Assembly: GCF_028712425.1 (NCBI RefSeq)
Contig: NZ_JAQTQD010000001.1
Location: 23,414 to 87,413 of the forward strand
Length of the DNA stretch: 64,000 nucleotides
From: Methanoregula sp.
GTDB taxonomy: Archaea > Halobacteriota > Methanomicrobia > Methanomicrobiales > Methanospirillaceae
Direction of reading: 5' to 3'
Positions 10,041-19,602 of this stretch are shown in pieces. How positions within the stretch are numbered: position 1 is the stretch's first letter; each line of letters starts with the position of its first letter. The notes beneath the pieces are model-generated. The model did no database searches and was not told the origin of the DNA. It saw nothing but the letters and a program-made list of their open reading frames with translations. The position numbers and the translations under genes were made by a program.

Positions 10041-10248
10041 AAGAGTCCATCGGATTCTTCTCATCCTCACGGTCTGTCGACTATTCAGACCGCGGAACTT
10101 AGCCGCCCGGGAGCCTTGAAAAATGGAAATGGGGGTCACACTCGTAATTCCATTGAGAGGATTACAGAAGGATTTCTACAGAGCAGTGTTTTCTGCCGGT
10201 ATGAAAATCTTGTTTTTTTCATGCCAGTAGTCAAAAAAGGAAAGAAGT

Positions 10249-11133
10249 TTACGGTCTGCGGAGAGCCATGAGGGCAAGGCAGAGGGCGATGGCAATACCC
10301 GTGGCAAGCGCGCCGGTGGGTGCTTGTGTTGGAGTAGGTTCAATGGGTGCAAGATAGACCGAGAGCCGGATTGTCGCGCCATTGGTGATGGTAACGTCTT
10401 TTGTTACCGGGGCATAACCCTCTTTTTTGAAGGTGAGTGAATGTGCCCCGGCAGGGATATTGCTGAAGACTGCGGGTGTATTGCCATAGTTGGTCCCGTC
10501 GATCCAGACTGCGACACCCTCCGGCGATGAAGTGACGTTAATAGTACCGGTTTGTGGAGGGGCGGCGGGGGTTGCAGCGAGTGTTACGGCTGAGGTTGCG
10601 GCAGCTTTTGCAGAAGCGGCTTTCACCGGGTCGATAATCGTATGGGTGATCGAGGGCAGCGATTCGATATCCGTGAAAGTACGGACATACCCGTCCGAAA
10701 AGATCAGGGTTGCTGTTGCCGGTGAGAAATCAGCGGAAATGACACTGCTCACAGCGGAGTTCTGGAGTGCAATCTCGGCTTTCCGGAAATCCATGGAACT
10801 GGTCAGGTAATCGGTTCCCTGTGGGCTGTCATAGGTGTTTGCGAATTTTTTCAGGATAATGCTGGCACGGGAGCGGTCCATTGAGACGAGCGTGGGCGGT
10901 TCGGAGCCGGAGGATAGTCCCTTCACGAGCTGTTCCTCGAGCACGGACTGGGGGATGGCATTTTCGATCAAACCCTCCAGGGTGAACCGGAAAACTGCAG
11001 TGGCATCCCCGTTTTTGTCTATCGTAATGTCCAGTGAATCAGCGGTAAATGCCTGGACCGGCACGGCAAGAAAAAGGGCCGTGCACAAGAGGATAACCGC
11101 CATGAGGGCGGGTGAGTTGTTGTATCGTGCCAT
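10249..11133 (-). CDS. secreted protein with a C-terminal PEGA domain and TM anchor
   Basis: Signal-like N-terminus (ALMAVILLCTALFLAVPVQAF). PEGA segment INVTSSPEGVAVWIDGTNYGNTP. Hydrophobic C-terminal tail ending RRP. Confidence 0.7.
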   Translation of the reverse strand: MARYNNSPALMAVILLCTALFLAVPVQAFTADSLDITIDKNGDATAVFRFTLEGLIENAIPQSVLEEQLVKGLSSGSEPPTLVSMDRSRASIILKKFANTYDSPQGTDYLTSSMDFRKAEIALQNSAVSSVISADFSPATATLIFSDGYVRTFTDIESLPSITHTIIDPVKAASAKAAATSAVTLAATPAAPPQTGTINVTSSPEGVAVWIDGTNYGNTPAVFSNIPAGAHSLTFKKEGYAPVTKDVTITNGATIRLSVYLAPIEPTPTQAPTGALATGIAIALCLALMALRRP

Positions 11134-11306
11134 AGGTATTTTCCTGTATCGTCATAAGCAGGGTTTGTTCCCTGAAAGAGCGGACCAATACGGGAGATCC
11201 GTTAATAATGTTTCTTGGGAAAACCGTTAAGTGTTTTCCCCTTGGGGCTGTTTCTGCAGGCAACCACCGACCTTATCTGTAACGATGATGCATTGGTACA
11301 GGATAT

Positions 11307-11975
11307 ATGATCGATTCGTTCCTCCAGATCCTCCTCACCATTGACCAGCAGCTTCCCGCGGTGGTCAACGAATACGGGATCTGGACCTATGTAATCCTGT
11401 TTGTCATCATCTTTTTTGAGACCGGCCTTGTGATCACGCCGTTTCTGCCGGGTGACAGCCTGCTCTTTGTCGGGGGTGCAGCTGCCGCAAGCGGTATCCT
11501 GGACCTCTGGATCCTGATTGCCGTGATTATTGCCGGAGCGGTTCTTGGGGACACGCTCAACTACTGGATTGGGAACCGGATCGGCCTTGGTTTCTTCTGC
11601 GAGCGGTACCCGAATCTGGTAAAGAAAGAGTACATAGACCGGACGAACGGATTTTTCGAGAAATACGGGGGGGCAACCATCTTCGTTGCCCGGTTCATCC
11701 CCATGGTGAGGACATTTGCCCCCTGCCTCGCCGGAATAGGGACCATGCAGTACCGCCGGTTCCTCCTCTGGAATCTCCTCGGTGCAATCGCGTGGTCGTT
11801 CAGCCTTGTTATGGCAGGATACTACCTTGGCACTTTTTCCATTGTGAAAGAGAACATGAGTCTCCTCATGATCGGTGTCATCCTCCTCTCCCTTGGAACA
11901 ATTGTCTTCATCCTTGGTAATCTTGTTTCTGCATACCTGAAGCGGAAGAAGGAAACCGGCGAGTCCCGCCAGTGA
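11307..11975 (+). CDS. DedA/VTT-family membrane protein
   Basis: 222 aa and multi-TM. Characteristic segments are FFETGLVITPFLPGDSLLF and ARFIPMVRTFAP. Confidence 0.75.
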   Translation: MIDSFLQILLTIDQQLPAVVNEYGIWTYVILFVIIFFETGLVITPFLPGDSLLFVGGAAAASGILDLWILIAVIIAGAVLGDTLNYWIGNRIGLGFFCERYPNLVKKEYIDRTNGFFEKYGGATIFVARFIPMVRTFAPCLAGIGTMQYRRFLLWNLLGAIAWSFSLVMAGYYLGTFSIVKENMSLLMIGVILLSLGTIVFILGNLVSAYLKRKKETGESRQ

Positions 11976-12100
11976 ACGCGTGGTGTATCGATTCCACCTT
12001 TTTTTCCTCGTTCAGTTTTCTCCAGCAGGTTTTTTCCCGCAGTAACATGAAGGACTTGTATCTGATTGTATCGTTGCCGTGCGGAGAAAAAGAGGGTGGA

Positions 12101-12604
12101 TCAGACTTCCTGTCCGGTATGCATCAGCTTGAGTGCAAGGGCAAGACCGACCATGGAGGCAGGGATAATGAGGGCCTCCCACCGGAGCGATTCGGACCCG
12201 GCGACAACCACGTACTCGAGCAGGTTCACCGCGAGGATGACAATGATGACCTGCACGAGAGTTGTCTTGAGCTGGCTGATCGTCTCAATACGAAGCCACC
12301 TGGGGAGCTTCATCTGCATCTCCTCTTCCCGGTGGACAAACAGGGTGTAGACCCCGTACGAGAAGATGAGGAGGACGAGTGCAAAGAGGAAAGCGTCTAC
12401 GGCCTGGATCAGGACAACCGAGGCGATTGTGTTCTCGCTCAGGTGGCCCGGCAGGGTAACAACACTGTGGCCGAAAAAGAAGATCTGGTAGGCCTCGATG
12501 GTATGCAATGCCCCGGATAAAAACATCAGGACAGAGCCGGCAAAAAGGGCGACAACTGCAATGACACAGATATAGCGCAGGGTATAGAACCGGGCAAACA
12601 TCAC
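12101..12604 (-). CDS. YqhA-like (UPF0114) membrane protein
   Basis: 167 aa with 4 predicted TM segments. The N-terminal region resembles the YqhA family. Confidence 0.55.
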   Translation of the reverse strand: MMFARFYTLRYICVIAVVALFAGSVLMFLSGALHTIEAYQIFFFGHSVVTLPGHLSENTIASVVLIQAVDAFLFALVLLIFSYGVYTLFVHREEEMQMKLPRWLRIETISQLKTTLVQVIIVILAVNLLEYVVVAGSESLRWEALIIPASMVGLALALKLMHTGQEV

Positions 12605-12655
12605 CCGGACATTAACTTCATGCGATACATGCCTGACTAAAATGATCCGGGAAAA

Positions 12656-13735
12656 TTATGGGGACCGGGTGATGATGAGCCCGGTGTTATCAGACTTTGT
12701 AGCGATGGCGATTTTCAGGCCGAGTGGGTCGATCAGTTTCTTCATTGCATTTTTGTCAAGACCCGTCACAACGGCAATGGACGGGCCCACGGAACTCATG
12801 CCAACGAACTCGAGTTTTTTCTCGCGCAGGAGGTTCATGTAATGGTAGATGCCGTAACTGTGGTGCTCGACTTCTGCCCGTTTCGATCCCCGGAATTCGA
12901 TCTCCCAGATGACGTCGCCGATCTTTTTGAGGTCATCGCGTTCGAGTGCCGGGACGAGGTCCATTAAAAAGAAGTATGCCTTGAGTTCCCGGTCCCGGTA
13001 ATCCAGCGTCCGTGCCTTGTTCATCAAGAGGTCGAATTCCTGCGTGCCGGCCGAGGAGATATCGGTTGGCGGGATGATGATGTATACATTCTTCCCCTCT
13101 GCAAAGGTATGGTGATAGGCGAGCGCGAGCTCATCACCCATCAGTACCATGCCCCCGTGCACGCTGACGGCGGGGCCGACCCCCGTCTCAAACCCGAACG
13201 CGATGTTCCCGTCCGCGGTCTCTTCTACGTAATTATGACCGATGAGGTGCCGGAGCTGGGTGACCGTGAGCGGGGATCCAACGGCTTCGTTGAGCGCTGT
13301 GGCGACCGCGATCATGACGGTGCTCGTGGAGCCGAGCCCCACGTGCTTGTGCTCGTGGTCGGTAACTTTAACCGAGAACCCTCCCTTGTATCCCGTGACT
13401 TTCCGGAAGACCTGGATGAAATTCTCGATGATGGGAGCCCGGTCATAGTCGATGTTGATCGCCTTTTTCGTGCACCGGACTTCTGCGGTACAGTAACATT
13501 GGATGGCAAATCCGATGCCGCCGCCGCCCGGGTGGTCCGGTGCGAAACGGTTCATGTCAAGAACGGTGAGGTGAATCCGGGCCGGAGCCCTGACATGCAC
13601 CTTCTCGCGTATGGGGCGAAGGGAGAATTTCTTCTTCTCAAATCCCAGTGTCTTGAGATTCTTGCCGGGTGCGAAGGTGGAAAACTCGTATTCAACGAGA
13701 TCGAGATCACCCCCGCGTATCTTCATAATCGCCAT
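12656..13735 (-). CDS. beta-ribofuranosylaminobenzene 5'-phosphate (beta-RFAP) synthase-family protein (GHMP-like)
   Basis: PARIHLTVLDMN...GGGGIGFAI, HVGLGSTST and SSVGPSIAVV parallel the motifs of methanogen beta-RFAP synthase. It carries an N-terminal extension of about 45 aa. Confidence 0.6.
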   Translation of the reverse strand: MAIMKIRGGDLDLVEYEFSTFAPGKNLKTLGFEKKKFSLRPIREKVHVRAPARIHLTVLDMNRFAPDHPGGGGIGFAIQCYCTAEVRCTKKAINIDYDRAPIIENFIQVFRKVTGYKGGFSVKVTDHEHKHVGLGSTSTVMIAVATALNEAVGSPLTVTQLRHLIGHNYVEETADGNIAFGFETGVGPAVSVHGGMVLMGDELALAYHHTFAEGKNVYIIIPPTDISSAGTQEFDLLMNKARTLDYRDRELKAYFFLMDLVPALERDDLKKIGDVIWEIEFRGSKRAEVEHHSYGIYHYMNLLREKKLEFVGMSSVGPSIAVVTGLDKNAMKKLIDPLGLKIAIATKSDNTGLIITRSP

Positions 13736-13887
13736 GGGTATAAGATCCCCTTTGTTACATCCAGCGCATAAGGTTTCTTATTCGCATGTGAATTGGTGCA
13801 CGGGGATGGAACATCTGTTGTTGGAGGTCACTCAGTGCAAGCTGTGATGCAAAGGGGGGCTTTTTTTGTCAAAGGATCTGTTGGGAT

Positions 13888-14448
13888 TCAGCGTGATGAT
13901 GGCCGGTCAAAGAAGATGTTCTTGCCGGTTGCCGAGAGCGGGATCGCGTAGGCGACCGTGCAGTCCTTTGGCACAATCCCGAGATCGCGGGCTGCAACCC
14001 CTCCGGAGTACATGATCCGGTTGTCGGCATTGTGTACCTGGGCTGTCTTTACTGCCGAACCGATGGCAATCCCGAGATCGGCCATGCGGATAACGCAGTT
14101 CGGGCCGTCAAAGAAAGGACTCTCTTTCTTCTTCGCTTTTCTTGCCTTCTGGAGTGCGGTGCAGGTTGCAAAACCGCATCCCCCGCAGTTGATGCCAGCA
14201 ATCGTATCTCCGCGAGAAGCAACCACGACGCAGGCATCGGACGCTGCGATGTTCTTTGCATCGCGGATGAAGAACCCGATCTGCATCTCTTCGCCAATCG
14301 TTTCGAGCCGGGTGGCAAGCTTCTTTGTTGCCTTCTTGTCAAGCACGCGGACCTCCAGGGTATCCTCGCCCTTTCCCTTCGGGGCCGTGCGGGCAGCAAG
14401 TGCCATCAGGTCAGCAACAGCCAGAATCGCATTCTGTTCCGGGGTCAT
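13888..14448 (-). CDS. DUF2148-like ferredoxin-domain protein
   Basis: 186 aa with Cys cluster CGGCGFATC and a nitroreductase-like N-terminal segment (LMALAARTAPKGKG). Confidence 0.55.
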   Translation of the reverse strand: MTPEQNAILAVADLMALAARTAPKGKGEDTLEVRVLDKKATKKLATRLETIGEEMQIGFFIRDAKNIAASDACVVVASRGDTIAGINCGGCGFATCTALQKARKAKKKESPFFDGPNCVIRMADLGIAIGSAVKTAQVHNADNRIMYSGGVAARDLGIVPKDCTVAYAIPLSATGKNIFFDRPSSR

Positions 14449-14510
14449 ACCGGGATATGCGCTGCCGGAAAGAAAAAAGGATGCGGATAATAATGCCGGG
14501 ATGGTGAAAC

Positions 14511-14924
14511 TCAGTCTACCCGGAATGCGACCCCGGTGAACTCGGCGATGATCCGGTCGCTGGCATACACCAGCACCCGGCAGGTGTCGCAGGAACCATT
14601 GTCCTGTACCCGTTCCGCAATGGCGACAAGCAGGCCGTTCCCCGGGATAAGATACTGGATGTGAATGGAAACTGCAACGCGGTGTATGCCTGCACAGTTC
14701 TCGGCAATGCCGAATGCCTGGTCGGCAAGGGAGGCTATCGCCCCGCCATGAACAACCCCGGACGGGTTTGCTTTTCCGGTGCAGTCCATAGTAACCCGCG
14801 CGTACCCGTCCCGGGCTTCCTCAACAACTATTCCTAAAAGACGGGCGAATTCGCTCTCATTGAATTTTTGAATTGTAGCCTTGATGGCAGTAGTATCCGG
14901 CAGGAATTCGGGATTACAGGTCAT
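14511..14924 (-). CDS. PaaI-family hotdog-fold thioesterase
   Basis: 137 aa. The motif VHGGAIASLADQAFG is typical of PaaI/4HBT thioesterases. Confidence 0.7.
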   Translation of the reverse strand: MTCNPEFLPDTTAIKATIQKFNESEFARLLGIVVEEARDGYARVTMDCTGKANPSGVVHGGAIASLADQAFGIAENCAGIHRVAVSIHIQYLIPGNGLLVAIAERVQDNGSCDTCRVLVYASDRIIAEFTGVAFRVD

Positions 14925-14944
14925 GGTAAAAAAATTCCCGGCAA

Positions 14945-15649
14945 TTATCCCTTGTAATCTTTCCGGGTGTACGAGTACTTGTCCGTTTCACCGCCATCAG
15001 CCACGATATAAACCCATTCGTACAGCGACTGGAGTGTCCCGAACTGCTGGTAGCGCCGCATTGAGAATCCCACCTTCAGTTTCCCGTCAAACCTGATCCT
15101 GCCAAGGTCATTGAGGCGCATCGCGATCTCGAGATCGTCCCCGGCGTCGATGCACCGGTATCCGCCGGCCTTGATAAACGCATCTTTCCGGAATGCCGTG
15201 TTGCACCCGAGAGTATAATAGAAGGTCCGGCTGTAGTAGCCGATCCGCGAGAAGGTATTGGCAAGGAAGAGGGAGAACTTGTTCCGGAGCCCCTCCTCGA
15301 TGGGGTAGACCGGACCGTAGAGCTGGACAAGTCCTGGGTCCGCCACAAAGTTATCGGCAATCCGCTTGATCCAGCCCGGGGGGAGGATGCAGTCAGCATC
15401 GGTTGTGGTAATAATATCCCCCCTGGCCGCCATCACGCCATCGTTCCGGGCACCCCCGACTTTCCTGCTGGTCTGGGTAAAGACCTGGTCTGCGTACTTC
15501 TTTGCAATCCCGCAGGTGTTGTCTTTTGAACCCCCGTCAACAACAATGATCTCGTACTCGGTTCTCGGGATTGTCTGGTGCGTGAGCGAAACAAGGCACT
15601 GGGCAATATTCTCTTCTTCATTGAACGTTGGGATGACAACTGAGATCAT
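14945..15649 (-). CDS. family 2 glycosyltransferase
   Basis: N-terminus ISVVIPTFNEE, DGGSKDNT, and a DAD (DxD) motif in TTDADC. Confidence 0.8.
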   Translation of the reverse strand: MISVVIPTFNEEENIAQCLVSLTHQTIPRTEYEIIVVDGGSKDNTCGIAKKYADQVFTQTSRKVGGARNDGVMAARGDIITTTDADCILPPGWIKRIADNFVADPGLVQLYGPVYPIEEGLRNKFSLFLANTFSRIGYYSRTFYYTLGCNTAFRKDAFIKAGGYRCIDAGDDLEIAMRLNDLGRIRFDGKLKVGFSMRRYQQFGTLQSLYEWVYIVADGGETDKYSYTRKDYKG

Positions 15650-15712
15650 CGGGATGCAGACTCCTCTCTAGGTTTTTGGTACCACGGATAATAAGGGTGA
15701 TGCCGGAATGGG

Positions 15713-17056
15713 TCAGCCCGCCCTGCCATTGCCGAGAAAATCAAAAACAGAACGGATAACGCCGTCCATGTTCAGGTACTCGAACTGGGCAAAACGCCCC
15801 ACAAGCGGGATCCCGGCGTTTGTGCAATACTCTTTGACTACCGCGATGTTCTCCTGGTACGCAAGGTCGTACACAACATACGCGAAAGGCTGGCGTTCAA
15901 CAGCGCTGAACTCAATCCTGTCCCGGGTGCAGACTCCCATTTCTTCCAGCATGCGTGTCACCTCATCGACCAAGGTTGCATCAGGTAGCGTTGCGACTTC
16001 ATCGCCCGGCTGGTACGTGATCTCGGCAAGGATCGAACTATGCCCTTCCGGTGCTGCGTGACGGCTGAAGTTTGAAGGGAAGGAGAGCCGGTTGGTCATA
16101 CCGAGTTTTTTATCCGGGATGTACATCCAGGAGATTGGGGGAAGTGTTCCCTTTATCCCTATGGTGATGCATGCAATGGAATTGTACACAAGGGCTTCAC
16201 AAGCAGCGTTTACTTCTGTCGGGACACTGTCAAGACACGGGAGCAGGTGCTGGACCGGGATTGTACAGATTACCTTGTCAGCAGGGATCGTCTCGCTGCC
16301 ATTGCTGATCAACCATGCAGTGCCCTTCTTCTTAACAGCTGTGACGCGGAAGCCGGTGCGGATGAACTTCTCCACGGGCTTTGCGATCGCCCTGACAAGG
16401 GCTTCGATGCCCCCATCAACCGGGTAGGAGAAGACAGCCTGGTGGGTATAACCCTCGGTCTCGATCCCGATTGCCGATTTTATGATGTCCTCGACCGGAG
16501 GGCGGGGGATGCGGCCATCGACCCAGTGAAGCGACATCTTCTCCGTGGGGTACTTCCAGATCTTCTCGTTATATGGCACCATGTAGCACTCTGCGAGACC
16601 GGATCCGAATGTGAAATAAATCCACTCCCGGAAGTTGCGGGGTTCTTTTACGTCTCCTTTTTCGACTGCGATCAAGTTCTGGACAAACCCGTTGATGCAG
16701 AGGAACCTGTCATCAGGAGGAAGTTGTGAAAGGCCGTTCTCGAACGGGTACTTGACAAAGGATCCCTTGTAGAAGATCTTGGTATTCCGGTTGTTGCGTT
16801 GTTCGTTTCCGGCAATCATCCTTCGCATGAACGCGAGCACTTCGGCATCGCGGGAGAAGATGATATGGGACCCGCCGATGTCAAAGGTGAATCCGTCTTT
16901 TGTCACGGAGCGGCAGAGCCCGCCGATTACCGGCTCCGCTTCAAGAACAATGACCTCTTCCCCCCGTTCGTGCAGGAGCCGGGCAAGGGTAAGGCCGGTG
17001 AGACCGCCCCCAAGGATTGCTGTTGTCACTGCTCCATAGATTGACTCGCCGGCCAT
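15713..17056 (-). CDS. NAD(P)/FAD-dependent oxidoreductase (amine-oxidase / UDP-galactopyranose-mutase-like fold)
   Basis: Rossmann motif ILGGGLTGL...VLEAEPVIGG sits right after ATG 17056. The longer track ORF (to 17296) overlaps the upstream gene and looks like a spurious extension. Confidence 0.7.
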   Translation of the reverse strand: MAGESIYGAVTTAILGGGLTGLTLARLLHERGEEVIVLEAEPVIGGLCRSVTKDGFTFDIGGSHIIFSRDAEVLAFMRRMIAGNEQRNNRNTKIFYKGSFVKYPFENGLSQLPPDDRFLCINGFVQNLIAVEKGDVKEPRNFREWIYFTFGSGLAECYMVPYNEKIWKYPTEKMSLHWVDGRIPRPPVEDIIKSAIGIETEGYTHQAVFSYPVDGGIEALVRAIAKPVEKFIRTGFRVTAVKKKGTAWLISNGSETIPADKVICTIPVQHLLPCLDSVPTEVNAACEALVYNSIACITIGIKGTLPPISWMYIPDKKLGMTNRLSFPSNFSRHAAPEGHSSILAEITYQPGDEVATLPDATLVDEVTRMLEEMGVCTRDRIEFSAVERQPFAYVVYDLAYQENIAVVKEYCTNAGIPLVGRFAQFEYLNMDGVIRSVFDFLGNGRAG

Positions 17057-17094
17057 ATATTGATAGGGGTGAAACCCTGGCCGATAAGCAGTTG

Positions 17095-17763
17095 CTACAG
17101 AGCCCTGTTGATGGTTGTCGGAGGGGGTGCGCACTGGCCTTTGGAACAGACAAGGCCGGCCGGGCAGTTGTTGGTGCAGATGCCGCAATGGTCGGGATCG
17201 GTTTGAAGGTTGAAACAGCCCTCGACACAGGCAGTTTTTCCGGCCGGGCAGTCCAGTAAACAATGGCCATTGATACAGGCCAGTCCCCGGGTGCACGCAT
17301 TGCCACAGTAACCGCAGTTGCTGCTGTCGGTCAGGGTGTCCGTGCAGTTCGTGCCGCAGAGCCTCCGGTCTGTCGGGCAGGTGCCGTACTTCGGGGTCTT
17401 CATGGTTGGCGGGATTTCAGTTGGAAGCGCTGGTGTGGGTGGAGGCATGGTCACCGGGCTCGTTGTTGCCGGTATCTCTGTTTCGATGAGGACATAGGAA
17501 CCAGATGGGAAAGACTGGTTTGCCGTAGCAGAGCCTGAAGGTGCGTTCAATCCACCTTTCATAAAAACAGCTCCGGCAGCAATAATGAGAATGATGATAC
17601 CCATCCCAAGGGCAATGAAAATGGTTTTTTTAGCTGTACGCGGTACATTGGAGGACTGTTCAACAGTCCCGGCCCCCGGGGCCGGCTCCAGTGGTGAGCC
17701 GCACTGCCCGCAGAATTTATCGACAGGTTTTGCTGGTGCACCACAGGATGGACATGACCGCAA
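17095..17763 (-). CDS. zinc-ribbon / single-TM protein with an extracytoplasmic Stig1-like Cys-rich domain
   Basis: N-terminal CPSCG...CGQCG zinc ribbon and TM segment IFIALGMGIIILIIAAGAVF. Two C-terminal repeats fit the pattern D..NCG.CGN.C..GL.C..G.C. Confidence 0.7.
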   Translation of the reverse strand: MRSCPSCGAPAKPVDKFCGQCGSPLEPAPGAGTVEQSSNVPRTAKKTIFIALGMGIIILIIAAGAVFMKGGLNAPSGSATANQSFPSGSYVLIETEIPATTSPVTMPPPTPALPTEIPPTMKTPKYGTCPTDRRLCGTNCTDTLTDSSNCGYCGNACTRGLACINGHCLLDCPAGKTACVEGCFNLQTDPDHCGICTNNCPAGLVCSKGQCAPPPTTINRAL

Positions 17764-17869
17764 CGGGAATCACCGGTTTTCGCTTACCACACCTTTCCCG
17801 GCAGAAAGAAAAAAGATTTCTTTACAGTTTATGCACTGTGGCTCTGGTCTTGTAGCCGGAGGAAAAAAG

Positions 17870-19375
17870 TTATCTCCGGATATACCACCCGGTCATTGTC
17901 TCGTCCAGCACCTTCTTCGAGGTCTTCTTTGTCACCATGCTGACAACGATCATCGCAACAAGCGAGATGACAAAGGCGTAGAACGAGAAGTGCATGGGCA
18001 TAGCGAAGAGTTGGATCTTGAAGTAACTCAGGCCGCCGAAGAAGAGTGCTGCGATCAGGCCAAGCGCCATCGAGGCAAGGGCACCCTCACGGGTTGCACC
18101 ACGCCAGTAGAGCCCTGCAAGCAGCGGCACGGCAAACGTGGCGAACATGATCCCGATACCGGCCCAGATGAGCCAGACGAGCATGTCCGGCGGGCTGATT
18201 GCCATCAGGAGCGTGATGACAGCAGCACCCAGCACCGAGAGCTGGCTGACAAGGAGGACCTGCTTATCCGGTGCATCCGGCTTTAAGATCTTCTTGTAGA
18301 TATCCCATGAAAAGTATGTCCCGATAGTGAGCATCAGGCGGTCGGTCGTGGACATGACCGCAGCAAGGATGATGACACCGAGAATGCCCCAGAGAAGGAC
18401 GCTCGGGAGCGCATATTCAATCCCGGCAACGAAGATATAGTCCGATGCATTTTTCACATCCGGCAGGACGATAAGTCCTTCCTTTACCATGGACATGCCC
18501 GCGAACCCGGCAAACTTCAGGAGGAACATCACGATGCCGTATACGACAAACGCGATGATCGGCGCCCACTTGAAGTACGAGATGTCCTTTACCGCCAGTA
18601 CATTGTTGATCACGTGCGGGGCGCAGGCAAGGCCGATGGTGAGAAGGAGGAGGAAGGATACCACGTACTCAGGGCAGAAGACGCCCCCGGCAACCCACGG
18701 ATCAACGTTCGAAGGGTTGATGGATGCCATAACTTCATTGACATGCGTGAATCCGCCGGCCGCCATAATGACGAAGGGGGCCATGATGAGGACACCTGCG
18801 ATAAGGATGACACCCTGGACGAGCGTAGTCCATGAGACGGCGTACAATCCACCGATGACCGTGTAGATCGTGACAATGGCAGCACCGATCAGGAGTGCCC
18901 AGAGATGGGGGATCTTGAAGAGCCACATCAGGACGATGCTGACTGCGGTGTACTGGCCGGCAAGGTAGATCATGGACACGACAATCCCCGATACGGCAGA
19001 AAGGCCGCGGAGTGCCGTGTTGCTCTCAAACCGGTGGGCGAGATAGTCCTGCACGGTTATGTAACCAGACTTCTTTGCCACCGCGTACATCTTGACACCA
19101 AAGAAGATAATACAGAATGCGATGGAGAGCGGGACAGCGATCTGCTCCCAGATGGTGGGCCAGGCAAACTTGAATCCCAGGCCCGAGACACCGAGAAGCG
19201 ACATCCCCGAGCAGACCGATCCAATCATCAGGAGGGTGAAAACCCAGAAACCGAGAGACCTTCCTGCAACAACATAGTCCTCCATGTTATGGATCTTCTT
19301 TGAGGCCCACACCCCAATCCCCACCATGGCAAGGAAATAGATTGCCACAAGGACAATGGTCACTATATCGCTCAT
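17870..19375 (-). CDS. sodium:solute symporter (SSF) family transporter
   Basis: 501 aa with about 13 TM segments and SSF-like sequence throughout. Confidence 0.8.
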   Translation of the reverse strand: MSDIVTIVLVAIYFLAMVGIGVWASKKIHNMEDYVVAGRSLGFWVFTLLMIGSVCSGMSLLGVSGLGFKFAWPTIWEQIAVPLSIAFCIIFFGVKMYAVAKKSGYITVQDYLAHRFESNTALRGLSAVSGIVVSMIYLAGQYTAVSIVLMWLFKIPHLWALLIGAAIVTIYTVIGGLYAVSWTTLVQGVILIAGVLIMAPFVIMAAGGFTHVNEVMASINPSNVDPWVAGGVFCPEYVVSFLLLLTIGLACAPHVINNVLAVKDISYFKWAPIIAFVVYGIVMFLLKFAGFAGMSMVKEGLIVLPDVKNASDYIFVAGIEYALPSVLLWGILGVIILAAVMSTTDRLMLTIGTYFSWDIYKKILKPDAPDKQVLLVSQLSVLGAAVITLLMAISPPDMLVWLIWAGIGIMFATFAVPLLAGLYWRGATREGALASMALGLIAALFFGGLSYFKIQLFAMPMHFSFYAFVISLVAMIVVSMVTKKTSKKVLDETMTGWYIRR

Positions 19376-19479
19376 GACGCGTTCTCCTTAAAGGTAAGTC
19401 CCCAGTACAGCAATGCAGCAATGATGACGAGCACAACCCCGCCAACGACAATAACAGTCAAATCCGGTAACCCAAACAT
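19372..19479 (-). CDS. 35-aa single-TM micro-protein, putative symporter small accessory subunit
   Basis: Below the ORF-track cutoff. Hand translation gives MFGLPDLTVIVVGGVVLVIIAALLYWGLTFKENAS. Its TGA overlaps the symporter ATG (TCATGA). Confidence 0.5.
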   Translation of the reverse strand: MFGLPDLTVIVVGGVVLVIIAALLYWGLTFKENAS

Positions 19480-19602
19480 TGTACCGTGTTAGGTTGAAGC
19501 ATGCTAACATATAACACGTTCGAAATTGGTCGGAGTGATGCACCGGTATCTTTTTTATGCTCCATGATAACATATGACATAATTCCGGCTTCGTGATCAT
19601 TC

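Noticed and set aside
9895-10119. Small ORFs spanning the 38-nt repeat: 9895..10119(+), 9861..10139(-), 38701..38913(+), 38664..38900(-), and two 34-aa ORFs in another frame.
   Set aside because: Only about 13 residues are shared. The flanks are unrelated, and copy A lacks a start codon in the synonymous + frame. The copy A ORFs at 9895..10119(+) and 9861..10139(-) overlap the PEGA gene end. I kept this as a repeat finding rather than calling CDS.
9990-10140. Possible SRP RNA, tRNA fragment or 5S fragment in the repeat block and its downstream hairpins (CGGTCTG...CAGACCG, AATGGAA...TTCCATT).
   Set aside because: There is no GGAA/AGCA helix-8-like SRP motif, no T-arm GTTCRANYC, and no cloverleaf. 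The similarity to known RNAs is not convincing by eye.
17057-17296. N-terminal extensions of track ORFs. Examples are 15713..17296, 21112..22386, 22104..23093, 8268..9932, 52189..53961 and 55319..56002.
   Set aside because: The extensions overlap upstream genes and look non-protein-like. Internal ATGs sit exactly where signal peptides, Rossmann motifs or conserved N-termini begin, so I used the shorter starts.
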